A stretch of DNA of 64,000 bases from an uncultured Pseudomonadota bacterium (GTDB lineage: Bacteria > Pseudomonadota > Gammaproteobacteria > Natronospirales > CAVUBB01). The notes beneath the pieces are model-generated. The model saw only the letters and a program-made list of their open reading frames with translations. It had not been told where the DNA came from and made no database searches. Below, in pieces: positions 11,772 to 21,941 of this stretch. The stretch spans positions 96,735-160,734 of the forward strand of contig CAVUBB010000019.1 in the NCBI GenBank assembly GCA_963739695.1, written 5' to 3'. The first letter of the stretch is position 1. Each line of letters starts with the position of its first letter. A program made the position numbers and the translations under genes.

Positions 11772-11797
11772 TGGGGCCCGCACGAAGGCGGGCCCCA
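11772..11797. terminator. Perfect 10-bp hairpin downstream of the Ig-lipoprotein gene
   Basis: TGGGGCCCGC-acgaag-GCGGGCCCCA. No strong U-tract, so it may be a stabiliser or attenuator rather than a terminator. Confidence 0.5.
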
Positions 11798-11801
11798 TGC
11801 G

Positions 11802-13469
11802 TCAGTCGGTGACCGTCACGATGGAGCTATTCGTCGTTCCACTCGGGCTGGTGACCGTGAAGGTCAGGTAATCCGTGCTCGGCGTGCCGTCTGGGCCGAC
11901 GGTGACGGCGAAGCTGGTGGTGTTGATGCCGCCGGCATTGGTGTTGGGCACGGTATAGGTTGCCGGCGTGATCAGGGAACCGTTACCGGTCTTGACCGTG
12001 ATCGCCGTGCCGGCGGCGAGAGGCTGGCCGCGGGCGTCGGTGACGGTGAAGATTATGGTCTGGGCACCGGCACTGACATTGATTGTGACATTGTCGCTGG
12101 TAGCCGGGCTGATGACGGGGGCGCTGCCGGACATCACGATCACAATCGATTTGCCGACACCCAGCGTGCTGCTGGTGCCGCAGCGCGTGCTGTCCTTACA
12201 CAGCAAGCCTTCATACTTGCCGTCTGCGGCGTCATGTACGTTGTTATTATTGAAGTCGTAGAAGAAACCGTCCGAACCGGGCTCGTAAGCGCCACTCTCG
12301 TTATCATCCCGGTAGATTTCACCGATGTCAGTGAACGTGTCGCCATCGTCGAACACACCATCGCCGTTGTTGTCCTGGAAACTCTCTTCACCGATGGCGT
12401 AGGCGAGGATCGTCGCGCGACCGTCGGCGGGGCGTGGGTCCGCGCTGGTCCAGGTTACGCTGCAACTGCCATCAACCGTGGTGCAGTCGCCCTGAATCTG
12501 CCCGCTTTCCGTCGTGAACGCGATGGCTGTGCCGTCAGGGACCGGGTTATTGAAACGGTCGGCAGCGTTGACCGTGATCTCGTCGGTCACATTGTTGATG
12601 TCATACGACTCCACGTTCAGGGTCTTGGCCGCGATGGAGAAGCTGTCTTCGTCAGGTAGGCCGGTACTCACTACCAGTTGATCGGACTGAGTCGCGATCA
12701 CTGGGCTCGTCCCGGCGACAGTCGCGGTGACACGAACCGTCGTATGAACTGTGCCGGCACGGACGATGGTTTGTACCTGACCGTTGGCATCGGTAGTTCC
12801 GGAGGACGGGCTGAGCGTGATGCCACCGACCGACGTGTTCAGCGTGAAATTGATGGTCTTGCCAGGAACCACGCCGCCACTGGTGTCGCGGACCACAAAG
12901 ATGACCGTAGATGTCTCGGAAGTCCCTGCACCGCCGGTACCCTTGAGGGCGATCGTGGTCGGATCGGCAGAGACGAAAGCGATCGACCCGACTGCGGCCG
13001 GTTGTACCGTAAGTGTCCCGGTCGCAGTAATCGTGCCGCTGGGTACGGTGGCGCTCGCCGTGATTGTATCCGAGCCCGAGCAACCCTTGGCGACATAGGT
13101 CGCCTTCGCCGTGCCCGTGGTGGTAGTCACCGGCGAGGTGATGGTTGCGAGGCCGTCAGCCACGCATTGTGAGACGAAAGTGACGTCGGTGGAACTCGTA
13201 TACGGGGCGCCGGTACCGGTAACCAGGTTCGCGGTGACGGTCGTGCTGCCGCCCGCCGAGAGGCTGGTCACGTCGATCTTGAGGACACCGCCCTGGAAGC
13301 TGCTGCCCGAGCCGCTGCCGATCAGGACGGTGGTGCTGGTGGTCGAGCCGCCGGTCGAGCTGCCGCCGGACGTGCCCGATGTGCTACCTGAGAGCGTGTC
13401 CTGACTGCCACAAGCGGCCAGTGCGAGCATGCCCACAACGATCGCTATACCCTTCAATGCCTTATGCAT
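11802..13469 (-). CDS. Lipoprotein with invasin/intimin-like (Big_1) Ig domains and Ca-binding Dx[DN]xDG-type loops
   Basis: Lipobox LAAC then a Ser/Gly/Thr linker. Thr/Val-rich beta repeats (GTTDANGQVQTIVRAG, DRFNNPVPDGTAIAFTTE), GEESFQDNNGDGVFDDGDTFTDIGE, paired Cys residues. Confidence 0.75.
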   Translation of the reverse strand: MHKALKGIAIVVGMLALAACGSQDTLSGSTSGTSGGSSTGGSTTSTTVLIGSGSGSSFQGGVLKIDVTSLSAGGSTTVTANLVTGTGAPYTSSTDVTFVSQCVADGLATITSPVTTTTGTAKATYVAKGCSGSDTITASATVPSGTITATGTLTVQPAAVGSIAFVSADPTTIALKGTGGAGTSETSTVIFVVRDTSGGVVPGKTINFTLNTSVGGITLSPSSGTTDANGQVQTIVRAGTVHTTVRVTATVAGTSPVIATQSDQLVVSTGLPDEDSFSIAAKTLNVESYDINNVTDEITVNAADRFNNPVPDGTAIAFTTESGQIQGDCTTVDGSCSVTWTSADPRPADGRATILAYAIGEESFQDNNGDGVFDDGDTFTDIGEIYRDDNESGAYEPGSDGFFYDFNNNNVHDAADGKYEGLLCKDSTRCGTSSTLGVGKSIVIVMSGSAPVISPATSDNVTINVSAGAQTIIFTVTDARGQPLAAGTAITVKTGNGSLITPATYTVPNTNAGGINTTSFAVTVGPDGTPSTDYLTFTVTSPSGTTNSSIVTVTD

Positions 13470-13516
13470 GTAAGTCACCCTCATCAACCATTTGCAGTAG
13501 ATCGTCTATCGAATCC

Positions 13517-15733
13517 CTACTGATTCTTCAGATCCTGCTTGAGTATCTTGGGAGTCACGAAGATGAGGAGCTCCGCCTTGTTCGCGACCTTGTGCGTATT
13601 TCTGAACAGGGCGCCCAGGGCGGGGATGTCGCCCAGCAAGGGTACCTTCTGAGTAACCTCGCTCTGCGTGGTCTCATAGATTCCGCCGAGCACGACCGTG
13701 TCGCCATTGTCGACCAGAACCTGGGTCGTCACGCGGCGGGTATCGATACTGGGGACCACGCCGCCGGTGGCGCTCGGCACTTCCTGGCCCACGCTGTCCT
13801 TGTTGACCGTGAGATCCATGATGATCCGATCGTCCGGCGTGATCTGCGGAGTGACCTGGAGGCTCAATACCGCCTTTTTGAAGGCGGTCGCCGTGGCGCC
13901 GCTGGACGACGATTGCTGGTACGGGATCTCGACGCCCTGTTCGATCGTCGCTTCCTTCTGGTTGGCCGTGATCACGCGCGGGCTCGAGACGACCTGGCCC
14001 TGGCCCTCGGCCTGCAAGGCCGACAGTTCGAGATCGACGAGATAATCCGAATTGAGGATCGCCACCGCCAGCGTTCCGGCCGGCGAACTGACCGGGAGGT
14101 TCACATTCAGGCGATTGTCCAGCGAAGGCAGCGTGACCGGTGTGGTCTGCCCGGTGCTGTTGAGGTTGTCGAGAGCGGAGCTGACCACCACGTCGTTGCC
14201 GGCCGCGCTGCCGCTGACGCTCACCAGACCGTTGTTGCCATTCTGGCGCACACCGGTGGCGCCGAAACGTACGCCCAGATCATGGGTGAAGTCGCTGTTC
14301 GCGATCACGATCCGCGATTCGATGAGTACCTGGCGCACCGGGATATCCAGGGTGCTCACCAAGCGACGTATGTCTGCGAGGTGATCTTCGGTGTCCTGCA
14401 CCAGTAGAGTGTTCGTGCGCTGGTCGACGGTGACGGAGCCACGTTTTGAGAGCAGAGAATTGCCCTGCGACTTTATCAGCTTGGCGAGATCGCTGGCCTT
14501 GGCGTAGTTGACCTGGATGAACTCCGAGCGCAGCGGCAGCAGCTCCTGGATGGACTGTTTGGATTCCAGATCCAGCTTCTCCTGATCCGCGATCTCCTTG
14601 GCCGGCGCTATCTGCATGACGTTACCGTGTTTGCGCATCGCCAGGCCCTTGGTCTGCAGGATGATATCCAGTGCCTGATCCCAGGGCACGTTCTGCAGGC
14701 GCAAAGTGATGTTGCCCTTGACCGAATCGCTCACCACCATGTTCATGCCGGTGAAGTCCGCCAGGATCTGGAGTACCGCACGGACTTCGATATCCTGGAA
14801 GTTGAGCGTCAGCTTCTGGCCCGTGTACTCCTTCTCCTTTTTCTGTGCCACCTCCTGTTTGGTGAGAGGCTTCAATTCGACCGCGAAGAGATTGTCGGTC
14901 TGATAGGCAAGCTGCTCGAAATCGGCGCCCGTGGCGTCGATCACGAATTCGGCATCCTTGCCTTTCTGGGTGGCGTCGATGGATTTCACGGGCGTCGCGA
15001 AATCGAGTACATCCATGCGGCGGCGCAGGTTGCCGGGCAAGGTGGTGTCGTGGAAGGTGACATAGACCTTGTTGCCCTCCTGATGCACGTCCGCGACCGT
15101 GCTCGGATCGCTCAAGGTGATCAGGACGCGGCCTTCACCGCGCGTCCCGCGCCGGAAGTCGACCTTCGAGATCGCGTTCTGATCCGGCGCCGGGGCCATC
15201 TGCGGCTTCGGCTGCTGACTGGAACGGCTGGTCGCCGGGCCGAACGTGGTGGACTGGTTGTCTGCTTCGGCGACAGTACCGCCCGAGCCGCCCAGCGTGA
15301 CATAGACGAGGTTGCCTTCGGTACGGATATCGTACGGCACCATCTTGGTCAGGTTGATGACCACGCGGGTTCGCCCGCCCGCTTCGGCGGTCATGACGCT
15401 GTTGACGTCGCCTATGCCGATGGCTTTGCTGTTCTTCGTCAGCGCAGAGTGGGTATCGGGCAGGTCGAACGCGATACGCGCCGGCTGATTGATGGTAAAC
15501 GCCATCGGTTTGGGGGCGGTGTCGCTAAGCTGGAACTCCAGCTGCACGCGATCGCCGGGCAAGCCAGTGGCCTGGATCGAAGTCAGCTGGTTCGAAGTTG
15601 CCGCATCGGCGGCCGCGGCCGATCTGACACCGGCCAGAACTCCGGCCGCCATCAGGCAGATCGCGAGCCAGAGTCCTGTCGCCTGCCGCAGATGCCGCAG
15701 GATGTAGCGGGGGTGAGTGTGTGCGGTCATCAT
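13517..15733 (-). CDS. pilQ: Type IV pilus secretin
   Basis: AMIN domains, YTGQKLTLNFQDIEVRAVLQ, VPWDQALD, KVPLLGDIP, ELLIFVTPKI. Confidence 0.96.
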   Translation of the reverse strand: MMTAHTHPRYILRHLRQATGLWLAICLMAAGVLAGVRSAAAADAATSNQLTSIQATGLPGDRVQLEFQLSDTAPKPMAFTINQPARIAFDLPDTHSALTKNSKAIGIGDVNSVMTAEAGGRTRVVINLTKMVPYDIRTEGNLVYVTLGGSGGTVAEADNQSTTFGPATSRSSQQPKPQMAPAPDQNAISKVDFRRGTRGEGRVLITLSDPSTVADVHQEGNKVYVTFHDTTLPGNLRRRMDVLDFATPVKSIDATQKGKDAEFVIDATGADFEQLAYQTDNLFAVELKPLTKQEVAQKKEKEYTGQKLTLNFQDIEVRAVLQILADFTGMNMVVSDSVKGNITLRLQNVPWDQALDIILQTKGLAMRKHGNVMQIAPAKEIADQEKLDLESKQSIQELLPLRSEFIQVNYAKASDLAKLIKSQGNSLLSKRGSVTVDQRTNTLLVQDTEDHLADIRRLVSTLDIPVRQVLIESRIVIANSDFTHDLGVRFGATGVRQNGNNGLVSVSGSAAGNDVVVSSALDNLNSTGQTTPVTLPSLDNRLNVNLPVSSPAGTLAVAILNSDYLVDLELSALQAEGQGQVVSSPRVITANQKEATIEQGVEIPYQQSSSSGATATAFKKAVLSLQVTPQITPDDRIIMDLTVNKDSVGQEVPSATGGVVPSIDTRRVTTQVLVDNGDTVVLGGIYETTQSEVTQKVPLLGDIPALGALFRNTHKVANKAELLIFVTPKILKQDLKNQ

Positions 15734-15752
15734 TACTCGTATACCTCGCGGA

Positions 15753-16319
15753 TCATTGGCTCAGGCTCAGGGACGCGGAGCGTTCCATCCAGCCACCGAG
15801 TCCGTTGGGGACGATCTCGGTCAGTTTGATTCCGGTTTCAGTGATTTTGGTGATCTTGCCGTAGTTCTGGCCCAGATGGTTGCCGATGGTCACGCGATGC
15901 ACGACCCCATCGCCGTCCTTGATCAGGGCGTAGGTCCTGCCGCCCATCTCGATGGTGCCCACCATGGTCAGGGCATCCAGCGGATACTGTTCCAGATATT
16001 CCTTGTTGCGATTGAAATCCGGATGGATCCCGCTGCCCGCGGCGCTCAGCTTCTCCGGCTGCGCCTGGGTGTCCGGCGAAAACGGCGAGCGCATGTTCGA
16101 ATCGGAATAGGTGAATGTCTCGTAGGGCTTGATCTGCGGCAAGGGCTCGATCGGACCGGGCTTGCGGGCCTTCACCTGAGCCACGTATTGGGTCAGGTCG
16201 CCCATGCCCTTGGTGCAACCGGCGAGGGTCACCGCGAGTACGAGCAGCAATGCCGTACGCCAGCGGCCGGCCGGGACACTTTGCGCCCGCCCGGTTTCGG
16301 GTTTGCTATGCGCCATCAC
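15753..16319 (-). CDS. pilP: Type IV pilus lipoprotein PilP
   Basis: Lipobox LAGC, IEPLP, RSPF, EYLEQYPLDAL, GQNYGKI. Confidence 0.93.
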   Translation of the reverse strand: MMAHSKPETGRAQSVPAGRWRTALLLVLAVTLAGCTKGMGDLTQYVAQVKARKPGPIEPLPQIKPYETFTYSDSNMRSPFSPDTQAQPEKLSAAGSGIHPDFNRNKEYLEQYPLDALTMVGTIEMGGRTYALIKDGDGVVHRVTIGNHLGQNYGKITKITETGIKLTEIVPNGLGGWMERSASLSLSQ

Positions 16320-16909
16320 TTCTGGTCATCCTCGAGATAGCGGTAGGTCTTTGCCAGCACATCCATCTGCAGGTCATTCGCATCATCAGGCTTTATCGGT
16401 TTGATGATGACGTCATGGAGTGTCACGATCCGTGGCAGTGCGGCGACGTCGCTGGCGAATTTGGCCAGTTCGTGGAAATTGCCGGTGAGTCTGATCTTGA
16501 TCGGCTTCTCGGCATAGAAATCTTTCGCGTTCTCGCTCTGCGGCTGGAACAGGTCCTGCTGCAGCCCATCGGCCTGCGCGGTCTGCGAGATATCGCGGAG
16601 CAGGCTCGGGATCTCGGTCTTTCCCGGCAGCTGACGAAGCAGGGTGCCGAAGGTCTTGCGCATGTCTTCGAGCTGATCGCGATAAGCCTGCAGATTGGCG
16701 GCCCGCGCGGCTTTGAACTCGAATTCATGCTTGAGCTGCGATTCCTTGTTTTCCAGCTGGGCGAGATCGGCTTGCTGTTTCTTGATATCGAACCAGTAGC
16801 CCGCACCGACGACGGCGACGAAGAGCACCACGATGAGCGCGATGCGCGCGACCAGCGGCCAGCTGCCGGTGTTCTTGAAATCCAGATTATTGAGGTCTTC
16901 CAGGTTCAT
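16316..16909 (-). CDS. pilO: Type IV pilus protein PilO
   Basis: GSWP, single TM, QLPGKTEIPSLL, FYAEKPI, LPRIVTL, AKTYRY. Confidence 0.94.
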   Translation of the reverse strand: MNLEDLNNLDFKNTGSWPLVARIALIVVLFVAVVGAGYWFDIKKQQADLAQLENKESQLKHEFEFKAARAANLQAYRDQLEDMRKTFGTLLRQLPGKTEIPSLLRDISQTAQADGLQQDLFQPQSENAKDFYAEKPIKIRLTGNFHELAKFASDVAALPRIVTLHDVIIKPIKPDDANDLQMDVLAKTYRYLEDDQK

Positions 16910-17475
16910 CCTGCGTCGTCCTCTTTCTTGGCGTTCTTGTTCACCTGCTTGGCAGTGATGGTGAACCGGCTACGCCGCAGTTTGCCCTGCTGATCGGTCT
17001 GGGTGACGGTCAGGTTGGGATCGCCCAGCCAGGCGGAAGCGTCGATGTTGCGCATATAGGTGGCCACGCGCGCGTTGGATTCCGCGATGCCCTGGATCTC
17101 CAGGTTCTTTCCGCGCTGGGTGACCGAGGTCAGATAGACACCGTCGGGCAGGGTCTTGACCAACTCGTCGAAGAGATGGACTTCTTCGGGGCGGCTTTGC
17201 TGGAGCTGTTCGATGATCTGCATGCGTGCGATCAGGCGGCGCTTGGTCTCCTGCAGGCTCTTGATCTCGGCGATCTCCTTGTCGAGGACTTTGATCTGGT
17301 TCTGCAGGTATTCGTTGCGCTGGTTCTGGAACGAGATGAAGTGCTGCATGGTCGAGTGGCCCCAGAACCAGACCAGGGCACCCAGTACGGCGGCGGCGCC
17401 TGCCTGGATGTTGAACTGCTTCTGGCGCTCCTTGCGGAGCTCCTCGCGCCAGGGGAGTAGGTTGATGCGTGGCAT
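16906..17475 (-). CDS. pilN: Type IV pilus protein PilN
   Basis: N-terminal INLLPWREE; AESNARVATYMRN. Confidence 0.95.
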   Translation of the reverse strand: MPRINLLPWREELRKERQKQFNIQAGAAAVLGALVWFWGHSTMQHFISFQNQRNEYLQNQIKVLDKEIAEIKSLQETKRRLIARMQIIEQLQQSRPEEVHLFDELVKTLPDGVYLTSVTQRGKNLEIQGIAESNARVATYMRNIDASAWLGDPNLTVTQTDQQGKLRRSRFTITAKQVNKNAKKEDDAG

Positions 17476-17476
17476 G

Positions 17477-18538
17477 TCAGTCGAAGCTCCTCAGCGCAAG
17501 GCCGCAGGCGATCATCAGAGCCGAGGCATCGCTTTCGATGAGCTGTGCCTTGGCCTTGGACGACAGCTTCATGTCGCGCAGCGGATCGCCGATGATAGTC
17601 GGCGTGCCCAGACGCTCGGCGATCCGTTCGGCGACCCCCGGGATGGCCGCGCAGCCGCCGCAGACGATGATCTGGTCGAGATGATCGTGTTCGCTGGTCG
17701 AGGACAGGAAGAACTGCAACGAGCGGTTGACCTGTTGCGCCATGTCGTCCACGAACGGGTCCAGGATCTCCACTTTGTAGTTGCCGGGCAGCCCGCCTTC
17801 CTTCTTGGCCTTGCCCGCTTCTTCGAAGCTCAGGCCGTAGTGGCGCATGATCTCTTCGGTGAGCTGCTTGCCGCCGAATGCCTGGTCGCGCGTATAGACG
17901 ACGCTGAGGTCGTTGAGCACGCTGAACGTGGTCGAGGTGGACCCGAAGTCCACCACTGCGATAGTCTTGTCGATGCCGTCGTCGGGCATCTGGGCCGCGA
18001 GCAGTCGGCAGGCATTCTCCAGAGCATAGGCTTCGATATCGATGACTTTGGCCGTCAAGCCGGCCAGCTCCATCACCGCTTCGCGCTGTTCGACGTTCTC
18101 GCGCCGGGTGGCCGCGAGCAGGACATCGACCATCTCCGGATCGTTCTCGGACGGACCGATGAGCTCGAAGTCGTAACTGACCTCTTCCAGCGGGAAGGGG
18201 ATATACTGGTCCGCCTGCAGCTCGATCTGTTCGGCAAGCTCGGCGTCGGAGAGCGATGCAGGCATCGGGATGACCTTGGTGATCACCGAAGCGCCGCCGA
18301 TCGCGAGGGCGGCCAGCTTGGCGCGCGAGCCTGAACGCTTGACTGCCTTGCGCACGGCTTCGCCGACCGCGTCGACGTCCGCGATGACCTTGTCGGTGAT
18401 CGCGTTCGGCGGCATCGGTTCCGCAGCGTAGCATTCGACCTTGTAGGTCGCCCCGCTCTTGCTGAGCTCGATCAGCTTCACGGATGAAGTACTGATGTCG
18501 AGTCCCAGCATGGGCTTGGCTTTTGCTTTTAGTAGCAC
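17477..18538 (-). CDS. pilM: Type IV pilus actin-like protein PilM
   Basis: GLDISTSSVKLIEL, YIPFPLEEV, FGGKQLTEEI, ACGLALRSF. Confidence 0.95.
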   Translation of the reverse strand: MLLKAKAKPMLGLDISTSSVKLIELSKSGATYKVECYAAEPMPPNAITDKVIADVDAVGEAVRKAVKRSGSRAKLAALAIGGASVITKVIPMPASLSDAELAEQIELQADQYIPFPLEEVSYDFELIGPSENDPEMVDVLLAATRRENVEQREAVMELAGLTAKVIDIEAYALENACRLLAAQMPDDGIDKTIAVVDFGSTSTTFSVLNDLSVVYTRDQAFGGKQLTEEIMRHYGLSFEEAGKAKKEGGLPGNYKVEILDPFVDDMAQQVNRSLQFFLSSTSEHDHLDQIIVCGGCAAIPGVAERIAERLGTPTIIGDPLRDMKLSSKAKAQLIESDASALMIACGLALRSFD

Positions 18539-18705
18539 GCCCTTTTTCCTTTCTCTGACGGCAGCTTGGAACGAAAAGGTAGCCCAGAATCTTAAGTTCT
18601 AGGTTCAACTATATATCAACAAATGGCTAAATCAAATATAGTCGTGAAGCGGCGGGCCTGGAAGCGAACCGGGGCCTGCCACCGGTCCGGAGCCTGATAA
18701 TCGCG

Positions 18706-21245
18706 ATGCGACGCCTGTTAAAGACCCTGTATTACCTTGCTGCTGCCGGTTTCGGCATGTTTCTCCTGGGGGTGGTAGCCACCGGGATCTCCTATATATA
18801 TGTGGCTCCCAGCCTGCCGTCTGTGGATATCCTCAAGGATATCCGGCTGCAGGTGCCGTTGCGCATCTATACCCGGGACGGGCGTCTGATCGCCGAATTC
18901 GGGGAAAAGCGCCGCGTGCCGCTGCGTTATGACCAAATCCCCGAAACCATGATCCACGCCTTCCTGGCAGCGGAGGATGACCGGTTCTTCCATCATCCGG
19001 GGGTGGATTACCAGGGTATCCTCCGTGCCGCCATCAACCTGGCGGTGACCGGGAAGAAGGGCCAGGGCGGTGGCACCATCACCATGCAGGTGGCGCGAAA
19101 CTTCTTTCTGACCCGGCAAAAGACCTATATACGCAAGCTCCGCGAGATATTTCTCGCGCTCAAGATCGAGCACGAGCTGACCAAAGAGGAGATCCTCGAT
19201 CTCTATCTGAACAAGATCTATCTGGGCAGTCGCGCCTATGGTGTGGGCGCCGCGGCCGAGGTCTATTACGGCACCGACGTCGACCATCTCACCCTGGCGC
19301 AGGTCGCGATGATCGCCGGTCTGCCCAAGGCGCCCTCTGCGGACAACCCCATCGCAAACCCCAAACGGGCCCTGGAGCGCAGGGGCTATGTGCTGCGACG
19401 CATGCATGAACTCGGTTTCATCGACGATCAGGCCTACGCCGAAGCCGACGCCGCGCCGGTGACGGCGGTCTATCACGGCTTGCGTCCGGAAGTCGACGCG
19501 CCCTATGTCGCCGAGATGGTGCGCGACGACATGATCCAGCGCTTTGGCGACGACGCCTACACCGCCGGCTACACGGTCATGACCACCCTCGACAGTCGTC
19601 TGCAGCCGGCAGCGCAGCGCGCGCTGCGCCAGGATCTGGACAGCTACGATCGCCGGCATGGCTACCGCGGGCCGGCCGGACATGTGGAGCTCGGCCCCGA
19701 GGCCGGGCCGGGCGACTGGGCGGACGCGCTCAAGGATCGCGCTCGCGTGGGTGACCTCTGGCCAGCGCTGGTGCTGAAGCTGGCTGACCAATCAGCCCAT
19801 GTATTCGTGCAGGGCGTCGGTGAAGGCGATATCGGCTGGGACGGGCTTTCCTGGGCCCGTTCTGCGCTCAGCGACGGCCATGTCGGTGCCGCACCCAAGA
19901 CCGCTGCCGATGTACTGAAAGTGGGCGATATCGTCTATGTGAAGCGTGCCGACCAGGGTTGGGAGCTGGCCGAGGTGCCCACGGTGCAGGGTGCGCTGGT
20001 CTCGCTCGACCCAGTGGACGGGGCGGTGGTCGCGCTCAGCGGCGGCTACGATTTCAACCAGAGCAAATTCAACCGCGTGCTCCAGGCCCAGCGCCAGCCG
20101 GGTTCCTCATTCAAGCCTTTCGTCTATTCCGCGGCGCTGGATAAGGGATTCACCGTGGCCACGGTGGTCAATGACGCGCCCGTGGTATTCGCCGACAAGA
20201 GTCTGGAAGATGTCTGGCGCCCGGAGAACTACAGCCAGAAATTCTTTGGCCCCACGCGGCTGCGCGAGGCCCTGGTGCATTCGCGTAACCTGGTATCGAT
20301 CCGGGTCCTGCGCACGATCGGTGTGCCCTATGCGCTGGACTATCTCAAGCGCTTCGGCTTCGACCCGGACCGCCTGCCGCACAATCTCTCGCTCGCGCTC
20401 GGCAGCGCGAGCGTCACTCCGATGGAGATGGCCCGGGGATATGCGGTATTCGCCAATGGCGGTTACCGCATCACGCCTTATTACATCCAGCGCATCAGCG
20501 ACAGCACTGGCAAGGTATTGTTTGCCGCGAACCCGCCCCTGGCGTGCCCGGGCTGCGCCGCCATCGAACTGCATCCGCCGGCGCCTGTTCCGGCACCGGT
20601 GCACACGGATACAGCCGCTGCAGCGCAGGCGGCGACGCCCGCGAGCACGGGGGCGTCAGGTCCGGTGGAACGTGGTACGGATACAGTGCAGACGCCGGCC
20701 CCGGGTGAGACTGCGGCCGAGGCCGCCGCGCCGGTGCAGGCACTGGAGCTTGCGCCGCAGGCGATCACTCCGCAGAACGCCTATCTGGTCACCAGCATGA
20801 TGCGCGACGTCATCCGGCACGGTACCGGCCGCAATGCCCTGGTCCTGCACCGTGACGATCTCGCCGGCAAGACGGGCACTACCAACGAATATTCCGATGC
20901 CTGGTTCGGCGGTTTCAACGACAACCTCGTGACCGTGGCCTGGGCCGGCTTCGATCAGGTGCAGAGCCTGGGCTTTGGCGAGACCGGCGCCCACGCTGCC
21001 CTGCCGATGTGGATAGCGTTCATGGGGGCCGCGCTCGAGCATGCGCCGGAGACGCCGCTGGTGGAGCCGCCTGGCATGGTCACGGTGCGTATCGATCCGA
21101 AGACGGGTCTGCGTGCGGGCGCCGAAGACCCCAATGCGATCTTCGACGTGTTCCGCGTCGGACATGTCCCCGACAAGGGGCCCGAAGCCGGGCCGGGGGC
21201 AAGAACGCGGCCAAGAACAAGAAGAAGGATGATGATATCTTCTGA
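18706..21245 (+). CDS. mrcA: Penicillin-binding protein 1A; probable frameshift at the G5 run 21195-21199 (reads to 21387 as given)
   Basis: Transglycosylase AEDDRFFHHPGVD and QGGGTITMQVARN; transpeptidase SSFK, SRN, GKTGT; divergent from pilM. Adding one G gives the terminus KKKDDDIF* at 21245. Confidence 0.9.
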
Positions 21246-21284
21246 TCGAGCCGGTCGAGTTTGCCGGTCCAGAGGTGAGCGAGC

Positions 21285-21941
21285 ATGGCCAGGCATTCTT
21301 CCCCGCGCGGGGATGAGGCGCAACGGACCCGGGTTGCGCAGGAAGCGGCCCGGATCATGGCGGAAGAAGGTGTCCGCGACTTCCTAACTGCCAAGCGCAA
21401 GGCTGTCGACCGCCTCGGGCTTGGTGGCCACCGCCGCTACTTTCCGAGCAACGTGCAGGTCGAAGACGCGCTCGCGCAATACCAGCGTCTGTTCCGTCCC
21501 GAAGCCCATGTCGACCGGTTGCGCGAATTGCGCGAATGCGCACTCCGCGCCATGCAGCTCTTCATCGATTTCAGTCCACGTCTGGTCGGGCCGGTCATGA
21601 CCGGCGTGGTCGGGCGCCACTCGGAAGTCGATCTTCATCTGTTCGCCGATTCGCCGGAAGAGGTCGTCGTCTTCCTCATGCAGCGCGACATCCCCTTCGA
21701 GAGCGGGGAACGCCGATTGCGGCGGGCGTCGGGTGTGGCCCGCGTGTACCCGGTATTCCGCTTTCTGGCGGGAGAGGAGTTGGTCGAGGTGACGGTATTC
21801 GCCATCGACGAGATCCGCGAAGCGCCGGCGAGCCCGGTGGACGGGCGGCCCATGAAGCGGGGCAGTATGCGAGAACTCGAGGCTCTGCTCGCCGGTGATG
21901 GCGAGCAGAGCCCGATCCTGGACGGACTCAGCGCGAGCTGA
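21285..21941 (+). CDS. Conserved hypothetical protein, putative Pol-beta-fold nucleotidyltransferase-like
   Basis: [12 protein letters not shown]...AKRKA helical N-terminus; RLVGPVMTG-x5-SEVDLHLF resembles the hG[GS]...Dh[DE]h motif; GAGGTG RBS. Confidence 0.65.
   Translation: MARHSSPRGDEAQRTRVAQEAARIMAEEGVRDFLTAKRKAVDRLGLGGHRRYFPSNVQVEDALAQYQRLFRPEAHVDRLRELRECALRAMQLFIDFSPRLVGPVMTGVVGRHSEVDLHLFADSPEEVVVFLMQRDIPFESGERRLRRASGVARVYPVFRFLAGEELVEVTVFAIDEIREAPASPVDGRPMKRGSMRELEALLAGDGEQSPILDGLSAS

Noticed and set aside
20540-20760. CxxC plus Ala/Pro-rich insertion in PBP1A
   Set aside because: A variable low-complexity insertion at this position is usual in gammaproteobacterial PBP1A.
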